From Ruditapes philippinarum (Eukaryota), in contig NW_026866180.1 of NCBI RefSeq assembly GCF_026571515.1, forward strand, positions 186,001-250,000: a stretch of 64,000 nt of DNA, written 5' to 3'. Below are positions 26,001 to 38,330 of this stretch, piece after piece; within the stretch, counting starts at the first letter, position 1, and every line of letters begins with the position of its first letter. The position numbers were made by a program, and so were the translations under genes. Under the pieces are notes generated by a model, which saw only the letters and a program-made list of their open reading frames with translations, did not search any database and was not told where the DNA came from.

Positions 26001-29000
26001 AACACTTATGATTTAGTTTAAAATTATGTTTGTACGTTTTGAATTTATTCGATTTAAGTTTAGATAATTTTAAACTTGATAACTGAATAAAAGCAGTCTA
26101 TCTGTAATCCAAACCTAAACTTTTATTTAATATTACCTTATTTTAGACGTCGTGTGTACACTAATCAAAGAGAGAAAAGACTCGTTGAAGTCGGGAGAAT
26201 GTACGATAGTTATAGCGGGAGAAGTTGGTGCTGGTAAAACAAGTCTTCTGAACTTGATTCTAGAGACACAGATCTTCCCAGTCGATTCACTCAAGTGTAC
26301 CAACACTATTCTAGAAATACGAAGCAGTGAGAAGAAGGATGCTATTTTCTACTACAAACAACAGCTGTCAGACAGCGGCGAAAGAGAAAGAAAAGTACCA
26401 CCGAAGATTATTAGCATGAGTAAGTTACAAATACGAATGTATCAATACATATAAAGTAAATGTATAACACTTAAATACCAACCGCCAATATTAAGCGAAT
26501 GATGGGTGATTTTTAAGAAACTTTTGTTCGTGAAAATGCTAGAATGTTATTACGACCAAGTGAAAGCGAAACAATTCAGAGAAAGTCCTATGGATAAACG
26601 TAGAGATAGTGAATATATCAGTTTGATTAATATCAGAGCATTAATGTTTCAGAGAGTCTGAATGGACTTCAAGAATTCAAGGACTGTGTTGCGGAGTATG
26701 ATCAATCGGATGACAACCCTTACGACCGATGTGAGGTGTTTTACCCATTCAAAACACTCAGTGTAAGTAACTGCATGTAATAATAATAAGTATTGGCAAC
26801 TTGCAGATATTCAAAAGTGACACGTGACAGAACATTTCTTATATGTTGAATTACACTTTATGTTTCATAAGAATGTCTTGAAATAGTGCGCTTATGTTAT
26901 AATCCTTTGTGTAAGACAAAATAGGTGTAAATGCATATCATGCCTGCATCAATTATTTATTATAATGAAAAATACTTTATGTGGTATTTTTACTTTCATC
27001 GAGAGTGTCTTGATATATTTGTAATAATTTGATTTTAGAAAGGCGTGGTGATTGTAGACACTCCAGGTATAGAAGGTGGGAGTAATGTCGATCAAAGACT
27101 ACAAACATATCTCTCGAGAGCGTTTTGCTTTATCTACGTCATCAACACGAACGCTGCAGGAGGCTTTCAGCAAAGCAGGGTCTGTTAACTTTCAAATTTA
27201 CCAATTAAATCTTGGTACTTTCCTGCAAGATATTGTCAGATAAACATTATTGATTAACCGATGTAACTAAAATTGGACTATTTCAAACGAAATATTTCTT
27301 ACATATAACACTGGTTTAAAAGCAACGGGAAATATAACACTTTTTTCAAAGCAACAACAAATATAACATGTAATGATGAATATTATTTCGTCTATTAATC
27401 GACTTGTACCTTTTAATCTACAGCTCGGCCATTTGTTAAAAACTGTTGTCAACAGTAGCGAAGATTTCAGCCCTGAAGCGTTCCTATTCATCGGTAATAA
27501 ATGGGAACATGTACCCGAAGGAGACCGCGTTGACGTGCAAAAAGAAATCTTTTACAAGCTGAATCAGGTGTATCCTGGGATACGACAAACGCAGATACAT
27601 TACATGTCTGTAAAGAAGGTTAGTGTGTTACTTGAATAAACAAATTATAGATGGTATCATTGTTATGAAAATCTGGAAACAAAGTGATCCCTCGGAAGCA
27701 TTCATCACAACAAAATTACAAGAGAATTGCAGACTCGGTTTGGTTGAGTCTGTTCATTAGAGATACTGATTAAGTGCAACATCCTTCACGCCCCCTAGCA
27801 CCGGCTTGAGCGGTACTCAATTCTCAACACTTAATAGTGTTGGCATCAATGATCCCGAAGGACCAGAAAAATATAACAACACTGAAGTGAGGTACGGGGC
27901 AACTTTTTACAGCTGCCACACAGCACTTGACACTTGCTGTTGTGAAGTATAAAAATCTGGCTGAACTCCCAATTAGGTGTATGCACTTCTACATTAATTT
28001 GAAAGAAAGAACGATTAAACTAACTTGTTGACATGTATTTTTATGTAATTCTCACATAATTATTTTTTTCTGTCAAAGTCATCAATTTCACAGCATCTAA
28101 GTACTACTAAGTACTACAGGATATTCAGATATAGAAAGTAGTTCCCCATTAATTGACGACAGCATTGTAACCTTTTACAATGGCCTTTAAACTTTTAAGC
28201 ATGACAGTGTTATTAAGGAGGCGATATGTTGGCCGACTTGAAATGACATATGGTTTTACATTATGGCTTTGAAGTAGTCTTTTGTTACATTTATATTTAT
28301 TATTATTGAGATATTTAGGCATGTTATTCTGAAAATCAATAAATACGACTGACATTGACCATTGCATTATTATTAATGTAATGCGGAATGATGTCAAGGT
28401 TGGTTCGGCATATCAATATATTTTTTTGTAGAAGCCCTTGATGTTCTCACATACGATATACCCTAGTTCAATTAAATCGTATACCGGTATCTCTGAAAAC
28501 AAGAATACAAACAAACATAGACTATAAATTTAAGATAAATATTTCTTTCAGTCGGCAGAATTCAAAATGAACTACGAAACAAAATTAGAAGAACACAAGA
28601 TTCTAATGTTGAAGGTATCCCAGCTTGTACCAAGCAGTCTCAGACAAGGAATGGTGTCAAATTACTGGTAAAATATATACAACGTCATTTCAAAATGCAA
28701 AATATGATTAAACCTCAGAGTTCAAGTTACCTTTATCTAAATTTTCTGCTCGCACCGGCTTGAGAGGTACACAATCAATAAAAAAGTCATATCTTTATCA
28801 TCATAATTTTATTTGTAATAATAATTGTTATGTACACGAGTAGTCTAAAATATACCATGTAACGTCTTATGATAAACTAGCAAAATTCTCGCCATATGGT
28901 TGATAAGATACAAAACCTCACTTCCAACACTTTGCGTATTATTTTATTATTTCACAGGTGGCTTTCTTCTTTCCTGTCACGATCATCTTATCTCCTTCGC

Positions 29001-32000
29001 GTGACAAGCGTACAGCAGGCGATGACACGTGATGAACTAGACAGACAATTTGAGGGCCTCCGTAAACACATGGAAGATCTACAGGTGATTAGTATGATAC
29101 CGCGTGATATAAACTTTGTTGTATGATCAGATTATACATTTATATTAGAACATGAAGTAATATCATACTTGTTTCTCAGGACAAATCCTCATGATGTTTG
29201 TATGAACGAGAATAATATATCGATTTCTGAGTCAATGGTTCATTTTGCGAAATGACATATATTTTACAAAAACAATATACATGTATCTTAAACATTGTAC
29301 GAATTCTTATGTCAAACAGCATTCATACACGGCTATTCCAATTTACTTTTTAAAGGCCAATTACTTAGACTACACATGTTTAAAAAATAAAAACAAAATA
29401 TCGATGCATATGCATTTTAGAATGATATTGTGTATAAATATGTATATATTGTAGTATTATTATTTAGTAAATACATTAAACAATTCCTTTTGTAGAAGAA
29501 TACTGGCGAGAGTATCGAACGACTTCGGATCAAAGTAGAATATGAAATAAAAAGAATTACATCAGATATTCAAAACGTACTGCAAAACCGAAACTTCTTA
29601 GACAGGTAAAATGAACTACTAATCTGTTAATGTCTGTAGTTAAAGACGCGTCACAACATCAGTAATGTTAGTAATATTTTAACTAAAATAGTCCAGTATT
29701 AGATGATTTTTTAGCTCTATTATGTGATGTCAGCCGAAATGAAAATATATGTAATTAAATGTGTTTTTTAGTGAAACATCACTGATACATTTTTTAAATA
29801 TTCGTATGAAATGTAAAAGTAATTTCCTTTGAATTGACTGTGTAGAATATGTAATTGGGAAGACACTAATGAATGCCCCAAGACTGAGAAAAAATGGAAG
29901 AGCATTGCCGATGCCGCTGCTGTAAAGATATCAGACAGAATATCACGTGAGCTTGATGGCTGGCAAAGACAGAACAGCATTCTCCGTGTCCTTGACAACG
30001 AAATCATTGGAGTTTTCAGCAAAGAACTCGGGTTGATGGATGACCAAGTGAAAGAACTTGAAGGTAAACCAGTCAAAAGCATATTACTCTAAAGGCACAA
30101 AAATCATATTGACCACTTTGTGGAGCTCTGCGTTACAATGGAACGCAAGACAATCAAATATAATTTAAGTGTAAAATGTTCTTGAAATAATTACTTAAAA
30201 ATACACAACAATAATGACAGACAGGATTACACTAATAAACATGATAATTCTATTTAAAGAAGTCTATTTATGCTTAGTTTGGGCATTGTCAACATTACTG
30301 ACGAGTTTGGGGAACCACATTTAAAATAGAGAAAAACAGAATCCTTAAAGAAAGTCCAACACAACACAATTGAATATGTTGCAGGCTCCAAGACCGTTTA
30401 TCTTTTAAGGTTATGTAATGCTAATATCCATCTATTACAGACTATTTGGTCAAAAGCCGGAGAGGCAATATGTGTAAGACAATGCGTATAGTTCCTGTAA
30501 AAGCCTTGTTTGCAAAGAAGAAGAAAAAGGTAGAGAAAACATATTCAACACTAGGTGGCGCTGTCAGTTGCGTTGGCATGCTAGACACCGATAAGAGAAA
30601 TGTCAGAAGAATATTCAGGTAAGCAAAATACTTTAAAGAAAAAATAATGCTGTTTAAAAAACATTGATTATTGAAGCATGTACTAAACTTTCAAGCAAAC
30701 AAACTTTTGGACAAAACGCACGGCAAAATTCTATTATAATAAAAAATGACCTATTCATTTAGGTTTTTTGTATTTCTTCTGACTCTTCACTGATTGTAAA
30801 ACATTTAGGACACTACCGACATATCAGATAGAAACAATGTTATAGATAACCAGAGATACTTTACACAACGTCCTTTTTGTACGTTGTAAGTCAAACTGAT
30901 TATTTTAAAGCTTATTTGATGACTTTTAAGCTTTATCGGTGGAGAACCACTGAATTTCTGTAAGCTAACTAGATAGCTTCTTCATAATAATGCAAGAATC
31001 CGTCTCTGGCCGGATTCAAGGGACAAGCGGTCCAAAGTCAAAGACTTTATCTAACTGCTCATGAACAGACTTTCACAATGTCGAATTGATTGAGCCGATG
31101 AAAATACTTTGTATAAAGTAGCTTACTTGAAGAAATTTCACTCAATATATTAAAAGTTTAAAACGAAATTAACCATTGGCTATTTGATGCATGGCTACTT
31201 GTGGTACTTTGCAATTTTAGGCATGTACGATGTACAATTGTCACATGACACTTTATTTAAAGACATTCCGTTCAAAATTATAGTTAAAACGAGATTTACA
31301 AATTTCCTGTCGTAAATTTTCGTTTTGCACGTTGTACAATAGTCATATGAGGTACACATCATGATATCTTACTCGTTACATATAGTTATTCTTAATTATT
31401 AGCGAACTTGGAGAAATATTGAAACAACCCAATACGTGTCATTTACACAATTAAATAAACATCTGACTTTATTGTAACAGAGATTTTAATGACACAACGA
31501 AGGCAAAGAAGATGTCAGAGGCGACTATACTGTATATAGAAACAATACTGTCACATAAAGAATTTGGCTGGAAATTTAGAAGATTCTTTGATCATTACTT
31601 TAAAGACATTGATGAAGCTGCGAAAATAATTCCTGGATTTCTTAAGGTGAGTAGAGAGAATAAGAAAAAATGAGGTATATTAAAGATGAGCATAATATTA
31701 TCTTAATCTATTGAATTATCAGGACTCGTTCTTATAAGATATATACTATAATTGTGTTTCAATGGTATAGGCTTCGTGCGTGATGTATGGTATTATAGTT
31801 TTTAGACCTTTTTATTGAATATGTGTTAGACTTTAATCGTACACCCAAATATGCTAAGTGCGGAAACTGGAGTGCAGATATTTGTTACCCGCACTCTAGT
31901 TACCAGGCTGCCTGTTGGTAATGGCAAAAGAGCATGCGCGTCGATTGGCTTCATTTTTTCTGGATCTATCTTATTATGGCGACAGGGAATGGTATGACGA

Positions 32001-35000
32001 TAAAAACATCATATTCAGATGATCGTATATTGGTTACTTTTTTCAGGGGTTTCAAATTGCTACGACAGGGAACGTGTTGTTACTTCATTTCCATGATCGT
32101 CCATGAACAGGCTCAATCAAATCGAGCCTGCAACAGTTTCAACGATGTTGTTTTGTGCGTTCTTTAAGGATTTGTCATTTCTCTGTATTGTACATCAAAG
32201 CAATGCTGACTGGTTAAAGCTTGTAATATAGACAAAGAGTGATAAATTCAATAATAGATATTTGATTTCATATGATGTTAGATACTTATATATATCATTT
32301 TTCTCATATAGCATTATTCTCACACAAACAATTATAACCATAACACACGAAAATAAAATAAACGACAGGACCAACAGCAACAACAAAATGAAAACTAAAA
32401 AAAAAACAAAAACACCAACCAATCGTTTCAAATGAAATATGACTTTAAACTATCATTATTCTAGCCACAATTACCTTTTTAAGAAAGTGTGTATTTTCAA
32501 AAATATCTCCTTCTGCCTCGAACAAACATCAAACAAGAGGATTTCACAAATAAATTGCTTAAGATTTTATGTTTTGCGAAAATTATCGGAAAAAACTGGC
32601 TTAAATGGCCGCTCTACTAGAGGAATATTAACTTTATGATATAATGATGATTTACAGTCCTTGGATTAAAATAAACTGTAGGATCAATCAAATTATTTCA
32701 CCCCCCCCCCCCCAGTTAACTGTAAAGCATTATATTGCCCGGGTTTTGAGTGAAATGTAAAGAACTAAAACAGGTTAGTTTGTTATCATAGTCATATGTT
32801 ATCTTTTCAGTGTGTCGACCGTTGTAATGATCGATGAACCTAAAGAAATTATCTGATATCCCATAATCAATATAATTTAACTTTAACTCTACCTTTTAAC
32901 TCTACTGTATATGCTTGTTTTTTATAACTATTCGTTTGTATCCATTTAATATCTAAGATATGCTGTAATGAGCATATAGCCTATATATATTGTGTAACCG
33001 CCTCCGTGGTCGAGGGGTTAGAGTCGATGACTTCTAATCCAGTTACCTCTCTGGCGTGGGTTCGATCCCCGGGAGATGCTTTGGTAGTTTAGCGCGGAGG
33101 AAGGTAGTCTAGTACTGGTGTAACTCTCCAAGAACGATGGTTAGGAAACTACCCGCCTATATGACTGAAATATTGTTGGGAAAAGGCGTAAAATGAAACA
33201 AACAAACAAAATATATATTGTGATTGAATATTTTGTTACATAGATTTAAAATTGTTCTACAATACTTACGCAATTTTTACAGTAAGTGTACCAAATAACA
33301 TTTTACTCAGACCCATATCTTCCTGTCAATGCTGCTAAAAGGGCTGTCCCCACAATATCAAAATTATCAGAGGCTGCAATAACTAATGGTAGAAAGTATT
33401 GATGCAACTTCTTTCAAATAGAACTGGCTCTCTGGGAAAGGTATTGTTAAATAACAATCTGAAATATTCAAAAACGAATAACAGGAAACCATTCTTTCTT
33501 TTAAATGATAAATCTCATTGACAAGTAATTCATCAAGTTCACAGTTGAATTGATACTGATTATTGTTACATGAACGATTGGGGGAATAGAAGAAATGTGT
33601 CTTGGAATCGTGATTGTAGTTAAAAAAATCAGTTATATAGATAGATCTTATACACTTTTTGCTGTTAAATAATTAAATGACAAACATGTATCTGACATTT
33701 GCATTTGATAAACAAATTTAACAATTCCTTAAAAACGTAATGAATGAAAATAAATTATTTATCTACTGAAATCATGTAATAATTGCAAATATCTAAAATG
33801 ATATATATTTGCTTGTTAAAGGCTGATCTGCAGTTAACGGTACCGGCAAACATTAGAAGAAATGTTTTCCGGGAGTTAGAAGATGATCTTTTGATGTATA
33901 AACTCCCTGAAAAACTCCCTGATTTAGTGAATGAAAGTGCCGAACTTCTTGGACAACTTGATATCTTATACATAAACGACATCATGAAGTTTGACTTTGA
34001 ATTATCTGAGTTAGAGTGGCAAAATAAAGTGGAGGTGGGAAACGGAAGATTTACCAAAGTGTACAAGTCCAGACTTAAGAGAAATAACAGACCAATTGCA
34101 ATAAAGGTACATGTAATTCATTAGTAACTGTTATACTTTATTGAGATACTTGTGAAATATAACAACAAAGATCACAAAGACAGAGTGCCGCTCACAGAAC
34201 TCATCACTTGATGTATTCAAGTCACAATTAACCACCGTTAAAACATCCATCAAGGCAACGAACAAGGGCAAATATTAGAGGGGCAAATAAATAAATACTA
34301 CCAATAGTTGAATAGGATTGATGTTGAAACACTCTTTCATTAATCAAGTCAGTGATTAATTATTTGAGACCATACAGGATTTACTTTTATTATTGATGTT
34401 ACAACTGTTTATTGTATCATAGTTTGAGGACCTTTCTGTTGAAAAAGTGTCAGAGTTAAATCGTATACATATACATGCACAGTGCGGTAACTGGAGTGCG
34501 GGTATCAGTTACCCGCACTCCAGATCATGCCCGTTGATTAGCTCATTTTTGCTCGGGTTTACATATTGTGACGGCAGAGAAAGGGAAAGCGGCAGAAATA
34601 TCATATTCAGATTCTCGATCATTGGTTACTTTTTCCCGGGGTTTAAAAAATATGACAACAGGGAACGTGTTTTTATGATAATACAAAAGAGAAAGAACAC
34701 CAAAACACTCGGCAATCTGATTTATACTCGGGGGCTACGCCCCCTCGTACAAATCAGATAGCCTCGTGTTTCGGTGCTCTTTCTATTACTTGATAATAAA
34801 TATTATGAAAAGATATCAAGTAATAAATACTGATCTTGAATGATTTTTGTAGATCGCAACTGACGAAGTCGACCAATCAAATGTCAGGGAAATCCTTACC
34901 GAGGACAGAATCATGAGGTGAAATAATTTTCTATGCCTTTACAATGTAAAACGTACTGTACTCGTTAACTTTTTGACAACATGTAAAAAACTTGTTTCGA

Positions 35001-38000
35001 ATGTGCTGTCTTGATTTTTACCATGATATTAAAGAAGATTGAATGTATTTTGTTGTATCCACCCGTATATCTGACATCGGTACAAAAGTTGCCCAATATA
35101 GTTTTATCTATTCAAGTTAAGCGCGGCATAACAGATCTACAAACAATATCAATTAACCGTCCTCTTTTGTTATGTATATCACTCAGACGTATAGAATTAA
35201 AGTAAAGATTTCCCCCATATTTTCAGGGATTTGAAACATGCTAATATTGTCCGGTACTACGGTGCGTCTAATATTAAAACAGTAACAGGTTTACAGTGGA
35301 TTATGGTGCTGGAGTTATGTCAGACAACCCTCAAACAAATTTATACTGGTAATTTTTTTTTCCTTATCAAGTGATAAAATAACAACAGTATCAGTTTCAT
35401 AAGCTCAGATCCACTTACAAAATTCCATTTTATTCAGTTCTGCCAATTGTTTTCTCGTTTAGGGCAAAAGCATTCTTTTACATGGGGACCATACGCCGTT
35501 TTTCATGGAATGGCACTACTATGTCACATTGAAGGTTCCATGATGACCGCCGTATGAACACATCTGCGGATGTTTCTAAATTCAAAATTTCACCATTTTC
35601 TTGTTAAATGTTGAATTCTGCTTAAGCCGGTTCTAGGGGGCGTGGACGGTAACTTGCACTTTCCAGTACCGTCCATGAACAGGCTCAATCAAACCGAGCC
35701 TGCAACATTTTCAATTTTGCCGTGTTGGGCTTTCTTTAGGGATTCTGTATTTATCTATTTTAACATGACGCCCGACAAACGGTTACTTACTGTAGATATG
35801 ATGGCCATGACTCTAGAGGCTTTCTTTTACGGAGAAGTTGCTCCAGAGATGTCAAGGTGCTACCTCCTTGACAAGTATAAATTTCTAATGTTGCCAGGAG
35901 CTCTAAAATATCGCAAGGAGCCAGGAGAGGATGATACAACAAGGGCACGATTCCATAACTTTAAATTTCTAAAAGCAGTAGCAGCTGGGAAGAAACCATC
36001 ATTTGCCGAGATCCAACAGTTACAGGCATTACAATCATTTACAAATTATCAAAATTTACCACTGGATCCAAGCACCTTCACCACACCACTTCAATTGCAA
36101 AACGGGGAATCATATGTGGATCAAAACTAAAGTGATCAATAATAGTGAAAAGCTAAACATACAACATTATGAAAAGTGCCTAAAATTATTAATTTGTTGT
36201 GTTAATATTACACAGACATAAAAACTTATAGTTTTAATAAAAAAAAAGAGTTGTGTTTTAAAGTTACAATTAATATTTCTTATGTTAAGGTTTTCTAAAG
36301 AACATATATTTAAATACACGCATAGAAGTGAAATAGTAAATGGAAGATAATGACTGGAATTTGAATCGAATACAGAACAGAAAACCGTATGCATTCAGTC
36401 AAACATAAGTTTAGATTTGATGCAACGAAAGAAAGACTGCTACTAATAGAAAGTGCAAATACTATTTTCTTCCAAGTGCATAATTATGTGGATAAAAATA
36501 TGAATTTATTATACCTTCTTGAGTGCAAAACTAAATTGTTTTGGTACACAACTGGCAAACTTATGATAGATCAGCCGCTAGGAGCAATGTTATATTAAAA
36601 TATATAGGGGCGTCTGTGGCCGTGTGGTTAATATAAGGTTGTGGACTTCAAACCGCTTGCCCCTTACCGCTGTAGGTTCGAATCTCAACAGGGACTTTGG
36701 ATTCGTTCATGTGAAGAAGCTATCCAGCTAGTTTACGGAACGTCAGTGGTTCTACTCAAGGGCCCGTTCGTGCCTGAAATAATGCACGGAAGGGCATCTG
36801 AGGTATTCCTCCACCAGTAAAGCTGAAACGTCGCGATATGACCTATACTGTGTCGATGTGACGTAAATCCCAAAACAAACAAAACAAATTTAGAATATAA
36901 TTAGTATTGTTCCCACCAATGTTTACTGAGATATTTATTTCACATACATGTATATGGCATTTTATTGTCCTTAGTTGCTTTATATACAATAAGGAATTGA
37001 TATAATTTTTGACCTTGAAAATAAAGCTTGATGAAGTACGATATCTACTTGATAAAAAATATATTGGACTCTAACAGGCAACGGCGCTATATGAGGTGAG
37101 ATATGCATTTAATATGAATGTTTTCTTCTCTGGAAATGGAAACAAATGTTACTAATCACAGTATTTGGTTTGTCAATGCATTTGATTTGGCATTGATACG
37201 CTAATGATTTCTATTGTATCATCACATCGTTCAAACACTGATTTAAGTGCATTGGTTATTTTTTATAAGGTGTGAAGTAATGTTTTTTTTCATTTTATTA
37301 CTACTTTTAAGCATTTTACTTATTATAAAATTTTATTTCATAAAAAGGGTAAAAGATTATATAAAATAAATAAATGAATTACAGGAAGCGAACGAAATGA
37401 GCGCATGATTCCTGGTTGTTTAGGCAGTGACCACCCACGCTTTGCTGAGGCAGCCAAGTATATGCTTGACCATGCCACCCAGATTTGTACTGGCCTGGAC
37501 TACATTCATGGAAAAGGATACACCCACAGAAATATGAAGCTAGAAAAAGTTCTGGTAAATACACACTGCTTAGTTTGACTTAGGGTTTAGTTTGAATCTT
37601 TGAACTTGCCAGCTATTAGATCTTAGCAGCTTTATAAATTATATTTTAAAGAGTGTTAAACACAAACAGCACATTTTCAATTAATCTGCATGAATATTTC
37701 ATTATAAGTTTGATATGTTATCGCGTTACTCAAATTACAAATACATTTTAGAAATGAAGAACGCACATGCTTCAAAAAGCTTTAAACACTGTTAAACTAT
37801 AATTGTAATTCATTCAGTGATGTCATTTATTTATTGGAAAAGGAAATAAATACAAACGTGTCCATATGTTTTATAAGATCTTTAAAATAATTTTACAGTT
37901 GGCAGAGGGAAATATTATCAAGATTACAGATGTAGGCGTCACCGAGGTAACACAGATGCTTTGTAAAACTGCAGATGGTTCCCCAGCTTATATGGCACCG

Positions 38001-38330
38001 GAAGTGCTGCTTTCGAATGAGATCCAAACAAACAAAATTGACGTTTACAGTTTTTCTCTAATATTCTGGGAAATGTGGTTTGGGAAGGATGTAGCTGACG
38101 AAATCAACAAGGATTTAATCGGGTATGGTTACCATGGAAATGCAATGGAATTACTCAAATCTCAGATTGCAAGGACAGATGGTTGGCGGCCACCACTGAA
38201 TTCACCAAAACATCCGCCAGAAATACTTACTGAAGTATTAAAAAGAGGATGGGCTTCCGATCCTGAAAAGAGGCCAAGTGCAAATGAGTTTGGAAACACT
38301 TTAGAACAGTTTCTGAAGAACAACCTCTAA
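23084..38330 (+). CDS. Copy C: complete 17-exon, 1019-aa SAP/HeH-like + dynamin-like GTPase + helical stalk + pseudokinase protein (DSTYK/Dusty-like)
   Basis: Exons 23084-23293, 25805-25946, 26147-26419, 26653-26762, 27039-27179, 27424-27618, 28552-28667, 28958-29084, 29496-29605, 29846-30063, 30441-30618, 31481-31646, 33822-34106, 34853-34917, 35227-35348, 37385-37554, 37899-38330. All introns are GT-AG, phases are consistent, the total is 3060 nt and no internal stop was seen. Motifs: G1 [10 protein letters not shown]2 PVDSLKCT, G3 DTPG, G4 NKWE; kinase [20 protein letters not shown]. Confidence 0.9.
23320..23482 (+). pseudogene. Degenerate tandem duplicate of coding exon 1 inside intron 1 of copy C
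   Basis: Translates [21 protein letters not shown] against exon 1 [21 protein letters not shown]. It ends TCCGACAAT|GTACTTTCATCATGTTTTA, mirroring TCCGACATT|GTAAGTCAATCATGTTTTA. The same duplicate occurs in copy D (about 43935-44102). Confidence 0.75.
24679..24774. repeat. Imperfect palindrome (about 39-bp arms), MITE-like
   Basis: TTATCGCTTAGTCAAATCACAGTTTATCGTTCGGATGCA pairs with TGCATCCGAACTCAAAACAGTGATTTTATTTAGCGATAA. Confidence 0.75.
27690..27875 (-). mobile_element. Relative of the multi-hairpin repeat family in opposite orientation, in intron 6 of copy C
   Basis: TGCAGACTCGGTTTGGTTGAGTCTGTTCAT...CACGCCCCCTAGCACCGGCTT is a diverged reverse complement of the family core. A closely related + copy is at about 45855-46030. 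Confidence 0.65.
31858..32190 (+). repeat. Hairpin-containing repeat shared with 34481-34670, ending in the multi-hairpin family 3' motif
   Basis: GTGCGG(A/T)AACTGGAGTGC...TTACCCGCACTC...CATATTCAGAT...ATTGGTTACTTTTT...CAGGGAACGTGTT occurs in both places. The 34481 copy has a 14-bp stem, CTGGAGTGCGGGTA/TACCCGCACTCCAG. Confidence 0.6.
32995..33210 (+). mobile_element. tRNA-derived SINE with a 12-bp target-site duplication
   Basis: A box TGGTCGAGGGG, B box GGTTCGATCCCC, (AAAC)n tail, and TSD ATATATATTGTG at 32983-32994 and 33211-33222. The empty site is in the paralogous intron of copy D (about 51370-51390). Confidence 0.85.
34690..34784. repeat. Imperfect palindrome (about 44-bp arms) with a GCTACGC apex, MITE-like
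   Basis: AGAAAGAACACCAAAACACTCGGCAATCTGATTTATACTCGGGG pairs with CCCCTCGTACAAATCAGATAGCCTCGTGTTTCGGTGCTCTTTCT. Confidence 0.8.
35483..35761. mobile_element. Multi-hairpin interspersed repeat (long copy) in intron 15 of copy C
   Basis: Matches 48651-48928 along its length. Stems: TCATGGAA/TTCCATGA, ACATC/GATGT, AATTCAAAATTT/AAATGTTGAATT, TGGACGGTA/TACCGTCCA, CAGGCTC/GAGCCTG. Confidence 0.8.
36607..36888 (+). mobile_element. Full-length tRNA-derived SINE, resembling molluscan V-domain SINEs
   Basis: GGGG start, A box TGGCCGTGTGG, B box GGTTCGAATC, central GAAGCTATCCAGCTAG...GAAATAATGCACGGAAGGGCATCTGAGG...CCTCCACCAGTAAAGCTG, and an AAAC-rich tail. It is absent from the paralogous intron of copy D. 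Confidence 0.85.

Noticed and set aside
32995-36888. tRNA genes at about 33000 and 36610
   Set aside because: A and B boxes are present but there is no full cloverleaf. Both continue into SINE bodies with AAAC tails, and one has a TSD.
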